Shown: piece by piece, positions 1-9,237 of the stretch | How positions within the stretch are numbered: position 1 is the stretch's first letter | How the letters are laid out: every line of letters starts with the position of its first letter | Assembly: GCA_964518565.1 (NCBI GenBank) | Contig: CAZFGX010000001.1 | Coordinates: 139,046 to 203,045 of the forward strand | DNA length: 64,000 bases | Direction: 5' to 3' | Source of the DNA: an uncultured Gammaproteobacteria bacterium | GTDB lineage: Bacteria > Patescibacteriota > Microgenomatia > CAZETR01 > Amesbacteraceae | Notes under the pieces: generated by a model | The model's database searches: none | The model's input: only the letters and a program-made list of their open reading frames with translations | What the model was told of the DNA's origin: nothing | Made by a program: the position numbers and the translations under genes

Positions 1-2
1 GT

Positions 3-839
3 ATATTTCCTACATATCATCTGGCGGTTGCTATAGATGATTTTGACTCACAAATTTCTCATGTAATCCGTACTCAAGAGTGGTTAACAAGTACCCCGCT
101 TCACATTCTGATTCATCAATACTTAGACATACCCATGCCACAGTATGGTCATCCTACAGCAATCTTAGATCCAGATGGTGGAAAGTTATCCAAGAGAAAG
201 GGTAATGTATCTTGTGAAGAGTTTTTTGCTCAAGGATATCTGCCAGAAGCTGTGCTAAATTTTGTTATCTTGCTTGGTTGGGCTCCGAAAAATAACCAAG
301 AACTCTTCACGCTCCGGGAGTTTGTCACAGGTTTTGATATGAAGGGTTTCCAAAAATCCAACCCAGTGATGAATCTTGAAAAATTAGATTGGTTCAATGG
401 TCAATATATTCGTCAACTTGACGATGCTCAGCTCGCTGATCGAATTAAGCCATACTCCAACCAGCCCCTTTCTCAAGAGGAGTTAATAAAACGTGTTGCG
501 TTGGTAAAAGATCGTTTAGTGACTCTAAAAGATTTTGACAACTTAACAATATTTTTGTCCCATCGCCCCAATATCGACCCCACACTATTCGCCTCCGCCC
601 AATCCTCGCTGGGTCACTTAAAATTTGCCAAAGAAAATCTTAACCAACTTGGAGATACTCTGGTTCCAATGATCAAAGAAAAAGGCTGGAAAGTGGGGGA
701 TTTCTTTATGACGCTACGAATTGCCATCTGTGGAGCCAAATTTACTCCGCCTTTGGACCAGGTCATTAAAATACTTGGACCAGATGAGGTCGCCCAAAGA
801 TTCGAGATTTCCGCTAAACTAATAGGCAGCCAAACATAG
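3..839 (+). CDS. gltX: Glutamyl-tRNA synthetase, C-terminal part (5' end outside window)
   Basis: Frame open from base 3 (IFPTYHLAVAIDD..ISHVIR..EW), KLSKR (KMSKS-type) motif, GYLPEA, LRIAICG..TPP anticodon domain. Confidence 0.95.
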   Translation: MFPTYHLAVAIDDFDSQISHVIRTQEWLTSTPLHILIHQYLDIPMPQYGHPTAILDPDGGKLSKRKGNVSCEEFFAQGYLPEAVLNFVILLGWAPKNNQELFTLREFVTGFDMKGFQKSNPVMNLEKLDWFNGQYIRQLDDAQLADRIKPYSNQPLSQEELIKRVALVKDRLVTLKDFDNLTIFLSHRPNIDPTLFASAQSSLGHLKFAKENLNQLGDTLVPMIKEKGWKVGDFFMTLRIAICGAKFTPPLDQVIKILGPDEVAQRFEISAKLIGSQT

Positions 840-844
840 TCGTT

Positions 845-1765
845 ATGAAAAAACCTGCCTTAAATACAAGCATTATTAGATCTCGTTTAAAACTAAAAAG
901 TCTCCAATCTGCCACTCTGTTGAAGGCCCACCATCCCCAAGCGGTCGGACTTTTAGAGTCATCCGGGATTCGCCCTGGAAATTTACGGACTCGAGCAGCC
1001 AAACTCCTGACAGTTGGTCTAGCCACAACCGCGTTTTTCTCCACCGCTCCCCAAGGGGCCATTGTTCAAGGTGCGTTGCCTTCAGGTTCCGAAGTTCGAC
1101 CAGCCACACCCCAAGATGCCCATTCACAAATTCAATCAGCTTTGGAAGGAATATCAGTTGAGCCTTCTGCATCCTTAAAGTCCGATTGGGAATCCAAAGT
1201 CGAATCAACGATTCACACAGTGCTCGGAATCCATGCAGTTTCAGAACTAGATGGTAATCGTCTAAATACAAATTTCGGCTACATTGGAGCGGAACAACAT
1301 TTGCCTCGATTCCCTGGAGATACAGTAACTCAGCATGGAGGGTTTTTCGCCTCAGGCATTACTCCAGGTCTTGGTGCCTGGGGGTATTTCGCTCCTTCCA
1401 AAAAAGCTCTCACAGCAGATTTGATAGAAAAAGAAAAATATTATGTCGCCGTTCAAACACTCTACTTGTCAGACTGGCAAACACGCTTACCATATTTACG
1501 CGATTGGTATAAGCATCGTAAAGTGGCAGTCGTAAATCCAAAAAACGGCAAAGTTATAATTGCAGTAGTGGGTGATTCTGGTCCAGCTGCATTTACTGGA
1601 AAAAGCTTCGGAGGTTCACCTGAAGTTATGGACTATCTCCAGCTCAAAGATGGCCACCAAAAAAGCAAAGTCGTCCTGCTATTTGTAGATGATCCCAAAA
1701 ATGAAATCCCTCTAGGTCCAATAGAATACAATAGAGAAAATCCACCATTAATTATGAGTAGCTAA
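845..1765 (+). CDS. Conserved hypothetical protein; C-terminus resembles an RlpA/double-psi beta-barrel fold
   Basis: 306-aa ORF; KVAVVNPKNGKVIIAVVGDSGP resembles the RlpA-like V-x-V-x-D-x-G-P motif; function is inference. Confidence 0.6.
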   Translation: MKKPALNTSIIRSRLKLKSLQSATLLKAHHPQAVGLLESSGIRPGNLRTRAAKLLTVGLATTAFFSTAPQGAIVQGALPSGSEVRPATPQDAHSQIQSALEGISVEPSASLKSDWESKVESTIHTVLGIHAVSELDGNRLNTNFGYIGAEQHLPRFPGDTVTQHGGFFASGITPGLGAWGYFAPSKKALTADLIEKEKYYVAVQTLYLSDWQTRLPYLRDWYKHRKVAVVNPKNGKVIIAVVGDSGPAAFTGKSFGGSPEVMDYLQLKDGHQKSKVVLLFVDDPKNEIPLGPIEYNRENPPLIMSS

Positions 1766-1766
1766 T

Positions 1767-2102
1767 ATGACTAAAGTCTTTTTTGATCATCTGGTCCAAA
1801 TCGATGACGTGATCGAAGCCTTAGATATGTATTCTATTGAAGAAGAAGAACGTCGAGAATTAGAAATATTAATCGATGAAATTATTCATCACCATGTTTT
1901 AAATCTAGTCTTGTCCAGACTTCCTCAAGATCGACACGCCGAATTTATTTCACATATCACCGATCGACCACACGACATCTCCATCTGGGTCTATATCAAC
2001 CAACATGCAGGCAACCAGATCGAGGAGGAGGTAAGGTCAGTCACCAAAAAAGTCAAAGAGGATCTAAAAAAAGAAATCCACAAAGCCAAGAAAAAGCCCT
2101 GA
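1767..2102 (+). CDS. Hypothetical helical protein
   Basis: 111-aa ORF abutting the previous gene. Confidence 0.7.
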   Translation: MTKVFFDHLVQIDDVIEALDMYSIEEEERRELEILIDEIIHHHVLNLVLSRLPQDRHAEFISHITDRPHDISIWVYINQHAGNQIEEEVRSVTKKVKEDLKKEIHKAKKKP

Positions 2103-2127
2103 AAAACTGGTAAACTGTCAATCCGCT

Positions 2128-2730
2128 ATGCACGAAGTTATTTTTGATATAGAAACCAAGTCATTTTTTAACGAAACAAAAACCAAACCTGAAGATCTTG
2201 GAGTTTCCATTGTCTCGTTATATCAGCGTACCGTTGACCCATCAGGACAAGAGACTTCAGGTCAAATGCTCAGTTTTTGGGATGGAGAGTTTGACCGCAT
2301 GTGGAAACTATTTTTAGAAGCAGATCGCATAATCGGTTTTAATACGTTGGGATTTGATGTCCCTGCCCTTATCCCTTATGCCCCTGCTCAGTGGCCAAAA
2401 TTGCCTCACTTCGATATTTTGGCCAAAATAAAAGATGCCACAGGGCATCGTACCTCCTTAAATAAAATCGCTAAACAAACGTTAAAAATTGGCAAAATAG
2501 ACTCAGGAGAAAATGCTATCTTATATTGGGAAAAACACGACCCAGAAAGTTTAGCTTTATTAAAAAAATATTGTGAAATGGATGTGGCAATTACTCGGGA
2601 TATCTATGACTATGCCCAAAGGCACAAAAAACTCTCTTTTATAGATCATTGGAACAATCCTCGCGAAGTAGAATTAGATTTTAGTTATCCAGTAGATAGC
2701 AACTCTCTTACTCAGACTGCATTATTTTAA
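2128..2730 (+). CDS. RNase H-like DEDD exonuclease domain protein (YprB/RNase_H_2-like)
   Basis: FDIET, IIGFN..FD, YCEMDV motifs. Confidence 0.8.
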   Translation: MHEVIFDIETKSFFNETKTKPEDLGVSIVSLYQRTVDPSGQETSGQMLSFWDGEFDRMWKLFLEADRIIGFNTLGFDVPALIPYAPAQWPKLPHFDILAKIKDATGHRTSLNKIAKQTLKIGKIDSGENAILYWEKHDPESLALLKKYCEMDVAITRDIYDYAQRHKKLSFIDHWNNPREVELDFSYPVDSNSLTQTALF

Positions 2731-2731
2731 T

Positions 2732-3124
2732 ATGTCCTACCCTAACTCAGTCCGCATGACTCCAGTCCGTAAATCTATTCTAGATGTACTAAAAACTAGT
2801 AATACGCCAGTGTCTGTACAAGATATTCTATCGCAAGTTAGAGCCAACAAAACGACTATTTATCGAGATATAGATTTTTTGATTGCCCAGCGTCAAGTCA
2901 CGTCAGTCGAATTTGGTGATGGCAAAAAACGATATGAGTTAGTTGAAAAAGGGCATCATCACCATCTAGTTTGCAACATTTGCGGCAGGATCGAATGTTT
3001 TGACCTTGAAAATAATCTAGACCAAACTGAAAAAGAGATTGCCGATATGAAAAGCTTTAAGGTAACAGCGCATTTGCTTGAATTCTTTGGTCAATGTCAG
3101 GACTGTCAAAAAAATATAAACTAA
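2732..3124 (+). CDS. Fur-family transcriptional regulator (Zur-like)
   Basis: TIYR helix, HHHHLVCNICG, C-terminal CQDC. Confidence 0.92.
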   Translation: MSYPNSVRMTPVRKSILDVLKTSNTPVSVQDILSQVRANKTTIYRDIDFLIAQRQVTSVEFGDGKKRYELVEKGHHHHLVCNICGRIECFDLENNLDQTEKEIADMKSFKVTAHLLEFFGQCQDCQKNIN

Positions 3125-3142
3125 GGCAAAATCGTAACTGAC

Positions 3143-5401
3143 ATGGTAAGTAACAAAAGTGTAATTGTAATAGGAGGTGGAGTGGCGGGTCTAGCCACGG
3201 CATCGTTACTTGCAAAATCTGGGTACGAAGTAACAATAATTGAGAAAAATTCATCATTAGGAGGCAGAGCCCGTACACTTTCCGCCAACAGCTTTCAATT
3301 TGATATGGGTCCATCATGGTATCTAATGCCCGAAGTATTTGAGCATTTTTTCAATATTTTTGGCAAAAAAACATCAGAGTATTACGATTTGATACGATTA
3401 AATCCTCGATATCAAATAGTTTTTGGTTCCGATAATCAACATGTAGTTTTGCAAGATAATCTAGTACAAAACAAAAAACTATTCGATTCAATTGAAGCTG
3501 GAGCAGGTGAGAAATTAACCAAGTTTTTAGATGATATGCATCAAGCGTATGATGCATCCGTTTGCCAATTGGTGTATGAAGATATCTGGTCTCTCTCTGC
3601 CTGGCTTAATCTTAAAAATTATAAGGCTCTTTGGATTTTAATCACAAAAATCCGTTTTTGGGAATCCTGGCATGGTTTGGTCAAAAAATATTTTTCATCA
3701 CCAAAACTTCAAAAGATTCTCGAATTTCATGCAGCATTTTTGGGCTCATCCCCGAATCGAACTCCAGCATTGTTTTCACTTTTATGTTGGGCGGATTTTG
3801 GTTTAGGTGTGTATTATCCGAAAGGTGGAATGGGCAAGTTTGTTGATGCATTGGAGAGTCTGGCGCACGAAAATGGTGTAAAAATTGTCACTAATGAACC
3901 AGTAATGTCAGTAAATGTATCTTCTAAACAAATCGCCAGTGTTCATACCTCAAAAAACCAGTATTCCGCTGACTATTACGTTGCAGCTTGCGATATTCCT
4001 TATTTTGAAACACAACTTTTACCCAAATCTATTTCCAAAACAGATTGGTCTAAAAAACAGCTATCATTTTCTGCTGTTCTATTATATTTGGGTCTAGATA
4101 AAAAACTCCCTCAACCGATCCATCACACAGTATATATTGCAAAAGATTGGAATTTAAATTTTGCTGAAATTTTTGATCAAAAAGTTTTATCCTCAGATCC
4201 TTCTATGTATATTTCCATGCGTACTGCTTCGGATAAAACCATCGCCCCGAAAAATTATGAAGAATTATTTGTTCTCATCCCTGTGCCTTCGAAAACTAAT
4301 TTCTCAGAGTCTCAAATAGCCAAATTTTCTGATCAGGCGATTAGAAAGTTGGAAGATGTTTTTTCTTCAAAAATAAGCTCACATCTAGTGGTCAAAAAAA
4401 TATTTTCTCCACAAGACTTTAGATTAGATTACAACACATTTGGCGGATCAGCTTTAGGATTGGCTCATTCATTTACACAATCGCTGTGGGGAAGACCAGC
4501 AAATCATCATCCGCAAATATCAAACCTATTTTACACGGGACAGAATGCCAATCCTGGAGTAGGGCTACCTATGGCATTAATCTCTAGTCAAATAGTTGCC
4601 AAAAAAATTCACCAATCGGATTCTCATACAGACCAAATATTTAAACAAGGAAGTGTCACGTATTATTATTCCAGCCTGTTTTTTTCAGGACAAACAAAAA
4701 AAGATGTCTTTAATCTATATGCATATGTCAGAGTCATTGATGATTTTGTCGATTCTCCAAATCCAAACATTAAAGACTTTGAACACATGTGGACGCAAAC
4801 CAAAAAATGTTGGGAATCGGATCACTGTTCCCAACAAATTGTCGTCGAATTTGTTGAATTAGCCAAAAGAAAAAACTTTTCTTGGGATTGGATTGAAGCC
4901 TTTTGGCAAGCCATGCGCAGTGACTTAAAAAAGCACCATTATGCAGATTTTTCTGAGCTAAAAAAATATATGTATGGATCTGCTGAAGTAATTGGTCTCA
5001 TGATGGCCAAAATTTTAAATCTACCTGAAGTGTCTTTATCAACTGCTGCTCTTCAAGGACAAGCTATGCAATATGTAAACTTTATACGTGATGTTAAAGA
5101 GGATTTCGACTTGGGGCGCAATTACTTAGGGTATTCTGACAAAGAAAAATCTAATCCAAAATTGTGGGCAAGATGTGTTAGTCATCACATACAAAGTTAT
5201 TTAAATATCCAATCTCAGGCATCTCAAGGATATAAATTTATCCCCAAAAAATATCTCGTCCCTATAAAGACTGCTGCAGATATGTATGACTGGACAGCTC
5301 GCCAAATTCTAAAAAATCCTTCAATAGTCTGGACAAAAAAAATTAAACCCAGCAAACTGCGCGTTATTTTCACCGCGATAAAAAATATTATTATCTTATG
5401 A
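3143..5401 (+). CDS. Fused phytoene desaturase (CrtI) + phytoene synthase (CrtB)
   Basis: GGGVAG FAD motif, FDMGPSW, NPGVGLPMALIS (CrtI); then GSVTYYYSS, DDFVD, RDVKED Asp-rich motifs (CrtB) in one ORF. Confidence 0.9.
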   Translation: MVSNKSVIVIGGGVAGLATASLLAKSGYEVTIIEKNSSLGGRARTLSANSFQFDMGPSWYLMPEVFEHFFNIFGKKTSEYYDLIRLNPRYQIVFGSDNQHVVLQDNLVQNKKLFDSIEAGAGEKLTKFLDDMHQAYDASVCQLVYEDIWSLSAWLNLKNYKALWILITKIRFWESWHGLVKKYFSSPKLQKILEFHAAFLGSSPNRTPALFSLLCWADFGLGVYYPKGGMGKFVDALESLAHENGVKIVTNEPVMSVNVSSKQIASVHTSKNQYSADYYVAACDIPYFETQLLPKSISKTDWSKKQLSFSAVLLYLGLDKKLPQPIHHTVYIAKDWNLNFAEIFDQKVLSSDPSMYISMRTASDKTIAPKNYEELFVLIPVPSKTNFSESQIAKFSDQAIRKLEDVFSSKISSHLVVKKIFSPQDFRLDYNTFGGSALGLAHSFTQSLWGRPANHHPQISNLFYTGQNANPGVGLPMALISSQIVAKKIHQSDSHTDQIFKQGSVTYYYSSLFFSGQTKKDVFNLYAYVRVIDDFVDSPNPNIKDFEHMWTQTKKCWESDHCSQQIVVEFVELAKRKNFSWDWIEAFWQAMRSDLKKHHYADFSELKKYMYGSAEVIGLMMAKILNLPEVSLSTAALQGQAMQYVNFIRDVKEDFDLGRNYLGYSDKEKSNPKLWARCVSHHIQSYLNIQSQASQGYKFIPKKYLVPIKTAADMYDWTARQILKNPSIVWTKKIKPSKLRVIFTAIKNIIIL

Positions 5402-6072
5402 GAATAGAATATTTGAGTTTTAATGTATTAATACTAATATTTTCTACATTAGGAATTTTATTTACAAAAAAAACTCTTCCTCAGCCATCTGCGGCTTTGA
5501 AGGCGATGGTAATCATGTCAATTCCATTTCTAATTTGGGATCATATAGTCACCAATATCTGGTGGTCCTTTAACCCTCTCTATACATTGCCTATTAGGGT
5601 TTTTAAATTACCTTTAGAAGAAATCATGTTTTTCTTCACTGTGCCATGGAGTTGTTTATTGCTTTGGGTAAATATTAAATCCTTAAAATTTCTTAATACT
5701 ACAACCAGCTTTCGTTATATATTACTTGGACTCACTTTTTGTTTAACCTTAATCGCTATTTTTAGAAGTCCAATATATATGATTGTTGTATTACTGAGTT
5801 TTTTGTTAATTCAAATTTTGAGTTTCGCAAGTAATCTGTTTAACAGAAATTCATTTTTATTTTTTGCGATACTAACACTTTTTTTAACGACCATTTTTAA
5901 TGGATATCTGACCAGTCGTCCAGTCGTCGAATATTCACAAGCATATTTATCTCAAAATTTTATCTACACAATTCCATTTGAAGATTATATATATGGTCTT
6001 ACTCTGATCTGTGGCAATGTATGGTTATATGAAAAATTTATTTCTACAAAAATTAAAAGGGATACCCCTTAA
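5398..6072 (+). CDS. Membrane lycopene cyclase (CrtYc/Yd-type, two repeats)
   Basis: Hydrophobic; PLEEIMFF and IPFEDYIY motifs; ATGA overlap with crtI-crtB. Confidence 0.85.
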   Translation: MRIEYLSFNVLILIFSTLGILFTKKTLPQPSAALKAMVIMSIPFLIWDHIVTNIWWSFNPLYTLPIRVFKLPLEEIMFFFTVPWSCLLLWVNIKSLKFLNTTTSFRYILLGLTFCLTLIAIFRSPIYMIVVLLSFLLIQILSFASNLFNRNSFLFFAILTLFLTTIFNGYLTSRPVVEYSQAYLSQNFIYTIPFEDYIYGLTLICGNVWLYEKFISTKIKRDTP

Positions 6073-6586
6073 GTCTTTGTAAACCCTTCAATACAGAAAT
6101 TTCTCCCATAATGCTCCAAATGTGTCCCAATATCATCATGTGAATCATGTCTCCCTGTGGTCTACTCCCCATGCCAAACATACTCATATCTATATTCTTT
6201 TTCAGGTCTTCATCCTCCATTGCTTCCACAAAGTTTTCAGTTTCAGTAAATACTGCTTTGGCATACTCATGTACGGCTGGTATCTGAATCTTTACAGTTC
6301 TTAGTCATTTAGGATATGCCTCTGCCCAATCAGTTGGTTGATTCTCGCTTATCCCAGTTTTATCTTTCCATTCAGAATCAAATAATGGCTGGGTTTTTTT
6401 AATAAAAAAATTTAAAAAGAAATCCTCAGAAAAAACCAAATGAGCATATGTACCGGCAATTGGGTTAGCCGTCCCTGCTGGCTGAAAATGTGCCACCTCT
6501 TCTGTCACACCTTCCATCGTCTGGAGTAAGTAAGTATGGGCATTTTTTAAATCACTAAGAAGGGCTTGTAAGGCAACAGATTTCAT
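6053..6586 (-). pseudogene. DinB/DUF664-like protein interrupted by one in-frame TGA (6305-6307)
   Basis: After AYPK-TGA the same frame continues LRTVKIQIPAVHEYAKAVF...GHIWSIMGEISVLKGLQRLKGYPF-TAA; HLVFSED and GH..GE DinB-like motifs; 178 codons in total. Confidence 0.75.
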
Positions 6587-6643
6587 AAGTAATTAGTATA
6601 TCAAATTACTAATAATTTACTTATAATTGTACCAACTTATTCA

Positions 6644-7039
6644 ATGATCAATCCTGAAATAAAATCCTATATCACCAGTCAAAGCTCTGCAGATGAAAAA
6701 ATCTGCATTGAATTGGCCAGAATTATTAATGACAAACTGCCTGAGGCAGAAAACAAAGTTTGGCATTCTCATCCAGTATGGTTTTTAGATGGCAATCCTA
6801 TTGTCGGGTTTAGTAAAGAAAAACGAGGTATTCGATTGATGTTTTGGAGTGGCTCAGATTTTGATGAAAGCGGCTTAAATATCAAAGGTGGAAAATTTAA
6901 AGATGCCTCAATTTTTTATACGGATGTGTCAGAAATAAATGAAAAAGATCTAATCCGATGGTTACAAAAGTCTCAAACCATCCAATGGGATTACAAGAAT
7001 ATTGTCAAAAGAAAAGGTCAGTTAATCAGACTGAAATAA
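6644..7039 (+). CDS. DUF1801/YdhG-like protein
   Basis: KVWHSHPVWFLDGNPIVG...QWDYKNIVKRKG family pattern. Confidence 0.8.
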   Translation: MINPEIKSYITSQSSADEKICIELARIINDKLPEAENKVWHSHPVWFLDGNPIVGFSKEKRGIRLMFWSGSDFDESGLNIKGGKFKDASIFYTDVSEINEKDLIRWLQKSQTIQWDYKNIVKRKGQLIRLK

Positions 7040-7043
7040 AGTT

Positions 7044-7406
7044 ATGCAAAATAATCCTAAACATGACGAGCGTATTGCAAAAATGTTGTTTGCCGATGTA
7101 TACCCGAGCTATGTCGCGAAAGTTGAAAGAAAAGGTCGAACAAAAGCAGAACTAAATGAAGTAATCAAATGGCTTACTGGTTTTGATGATAAAAAACTTC
7201 AACACGAAATTGAAAGTGCAGATACATTTCTACAATTTTTTGATCAAGCAAAACTACACCCCAACGCCCATCAGATCACTGGTGTCATTTGTGGGTATCG
7301 TATAGAAGAAATTACAAACCCACTTACACAAAAAGTCAGATATTTAGACAAACTTGTAGATGAATTAGCAAAAGGTAGACCACTGGAAAAAATCCTCAGA
7401 CATTAA
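7044..7406 (+). CDS. DUF2200 family protein
   Basis: VYPSYVAKVERKGRT...RYLDKLVDELAKG. Confidence 0.85.
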   Translation: MQNNPKHDERIAKMLFADVYPSYVAKVERKGRTKAELNEVIKWLTGFDDKKLQHEIESADTFLQFFDQAKLHPNAHQITGVICGYRIEEITNPLTQKVRYLDKLVDELAKGRPLEKILRH

Positions 7407-7411
7407 TACTA

Positions 7412-7485
7412 TGGCTGTGGGACCTGGATTCGAACCAAGATAAACGGATTCAGAGTCCGTTGTCCTACCATTAGACGATCCCACA
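7412..7485 (-). tRNA. tRNA-Gln (CTG), CCA encoded
   Basis: Cloverleaf TGTGGGA..TCCCACAGCCA, anticodon loop CT-CTG-AA, T-loop GTTCGAATCC. Confidence 0.95.
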
Positions 7486-7494
7486 GTATTTAAA

Positions 7495-7543
7495 GTGGGT
7501 CGGCTAACGGTTAGCCCGGAGGGCGCTCCATAACGATCCCACA
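7495..7543 (-). other. Structured 49-nt element duplicating the tRNA-Gln 5' end
   Basis: 11-nt direct repeat ACGATCCCACA at 7475-7485 and 7533-7543; two internal hairpins closed by GTGGG/CCCAC. Confidence 0.6.
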
Positions 7544-7607
7544 ATACAAGGCTAATTTTATCATTCTACCAATCTAAATGTTTAAATTCATAAATATCTT
7601 ATAGTAT

Positions 7608-7718
7608 TTGTGGTTTTGACCACAAAGTGAGATAATTACTCCAGTTAGCTAATTTATGGGCATTTGCGCCCAATATTTAGCCTAAAATCTAGTACTTTCA
7701 AAAGCTGTAGGAGGAAAT
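7608..7718 (+). promoter_or_regulatory. Promoter + hairpin + boxA-like motif + SD leader (cassette A)
   Basis: TTGTGG-17-GATAAT; TGGGC-ATTTGC-GCCCA hairpin 7657-7672; GTACTTTCAAAA 7692-7703; AGGAGG. Confidence 0.6.
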
Positions 7719-8054
7719 ATGCAGCATATCATTTGTGAGATTGAACTTTCGCAATCCGTAAAAGGACAGACACTGATCAATATTCTTCGTGAACTCGCCT
7801 CAGACCCACATGTCCAAATTTTGGACAATGGCTATAAACTACTCGGATCCCGAAGTGTAAATGGGTTTTATGGCTTCAAGGTTTTAGTCGACGATCAAGA
7901 GTTGATCAGCTCAGATTATTGGTACACAAAGGTAATGCTCGTCCATTGGGACTGGCCTGGAGACCATCAGTTTCGTGACCATTTGGTGCTTCAGAAAACT
8001 GCCTATCTCAACGATTTAGCAGAAAAATTTCGCCAGGAGGTTGTATGTCAATAA
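7719..8054 (+). CDS. Hypothetical (ORFan) protein
   Basis: Strong SD AGGAGG; 111 aa. Confidence 0.75.
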   Translation: MQHIICEIELSQSVKGQTLINILRELASDPHVQILDNGYKLLGSRSVNGFYGFKVLVDDQELISSDYWYTKVMLVHWDWPGDHQFRDHLVLQKTAYLNDLAEKFRQEVVCQ

Positions 8055-8485
8055 TAATATCCGACGTGCTGTCGTTAGTGGATATCGACGGGGTTTGTCA
8101 CCGAGTCGATATCAATCGTGTCACTCAAATGCGTTACTTAAAAGTTGCGACTCAATCTGGATATCAGTCGTATTTAGTAACTATGTTCGATGAACAAGAA
8201 AAAAGAATTATCAAAGTCGAGCCCAGAGCCCTAGACAGTTTGTGGGAACATCTGCCACTAGCCTGTGTATGTGACACTCCTGTTGGCTGGAGCCAGCCAA
8301 CATTTACCTGGAGCGACAAACAATTCTACTCAAGCGTAAGACGCCAAGTGTATCGTCTAGAAAATTCTGATGTGGTCTTGAGTCTTTTTTGGCAAGCCGA
8401 CGGCTTACGTTTGGCGGCACAAAATATTCGTCAATTAAAATCCCCAGAAGATTTGCTTCCGCTAATTCCTACAGCCCAACAATAA
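8045..8485 (+). CDS. Hypothetical (ORFan) protein
   Basis: SD CAGGAGGT inside the upstream gene; 146 aa. Confidence 0.75.
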   Translation: MSIIISDVLSLVDIDGVCHRVDINRVTQMRYLKVATQSGYQSYLVTMFDEQEKRIIKVEPRALDSLWEHLPLACVCDTPVGWSQPTFTWSDKQFYSSVRRQVYRLENSDVVLSLFWQADGLRLAAQNIRQLKSPEDLLPLIPTAQQ

Positions 8486-8490
8486 TCCCC

Positions 8491-8529
8491 AGCGCTCGTG
8501 GATAGCAATAATCCCCGAGCGCTTTTTTT
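8491..8529 (+). terminator. Intrinsic terminator
   Basis: AGCGCTCG...CGAGCGCT stem followed by T-run. Confidence 0.8.
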
Positions 8530-8555
8530 ATCTAGTAACGTTGTAAAATCATTCT

Positions 8556-9206
8556 ATGTCCGAACATTCAGATATTAGAAATGTTTTTTCTGCTGCAGTT
8601 CTTGCTGGAACCATGTCTACCGAGTCGCTTCCTCCGCGGCCAATAGTACCAACCAGGTCACCGGAAAAGATTTCAGTCGTTTCACCCTTAGATACACGAT
8701 ATCTCAATCGACCGATTGAAGATGTAATTAATAGTATTGGTTTGCCAGAAGGTGTAGACAATCAAGGCGATCTTATTTGCGGCCCATTATCAGCCGATGT
8801 CTGGAATAATAGCGAATATCCAAATAAACCAAATCTTCAGCTCGAACCCAAAAAATTTTGGTTCTTATCCCCAGCTCAAATTGACGAATTATTGCCCCAA
8901 CAATATTTTGATAAGCAACAAATAAATTCAAACATGGCCAAAACAGACCTTTCAAAAATTGAATTTAAAAAAGGGTCATTTGTATATTTATCAGGTACTC
9001 GTACGCCTCGTGCTGGTATCGTTGGCCACGTCGTTGTTGTTGCGGACATATCGGCAACTGGTGAAGCCTTTGCTTATACCAATGAAGAAGATCCTCAGAC
9101 CAGAAAAGCCTCTATTAAAAAGGTCGAACTACGCCAGCAGATCCGTGACTGGGCCATAAAAAGAAAATTTGGCACCAGATTTATGCTTCTTTGGTCACCA
9201 AAATAG
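8556..9206 (+). CDS. Hypothetical protein
   Basis: 216 aa; TAAAAT 6 nt before ATG; GHVVVV segment weakly suggests a papain-like fold (unverified). Confidence 0.65.
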   Translation: MSEHSDIRNVFSAAVLAGTMSTESLPPRPIVPTRSPEKISVVSPLDTRYLNRPIEDVINSIGLPEGVDNQGDLICGPLSADVWNNSEYPNKPNLQLEPKKFWFLSPAQIDELLPQQYFDKQQINSNMAKTDLSKIEFKKGSFVYLSGTRTPRAGIVGHVVVVADISATGEAFAYTNEEDPQTRKASIKKVELRQQIRDWAIKRKFGTRFMLLWSPK

Positions 9207-9227
9207 CGCCTGGGCTAAGCGCTATTT
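9201..9227. terminator. Bidirectional terminator between convergent genes
   Basis: AAATAGCGC-N9-GCGCTATTT. Confidence 0.65.
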
Positions 9228-9237
9228 ATATTTCTAA

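Noticed and set aside
5398-6072. Rhodopsin next to the carotenoid genes
   Set aside because: It has lycopene-cyclase PxE(E/D) repeats and no helix-G DxxxK retinal-binding motif.
6305-6307. TGA recoding (code 4/25 or selenocysteine)
   Set aside because: Several genes end at TGA (e.g. 2102, 5401, 19022), RF2 is intact and long ORFs contain no other internal TGA. The site looks like a Trp position.
3143-7411. Island integrated at the tRNA-Gln 3' end
   Set aside because: No repeat of the tRNA 3' end was found at the left boundary and there is no recombinase.
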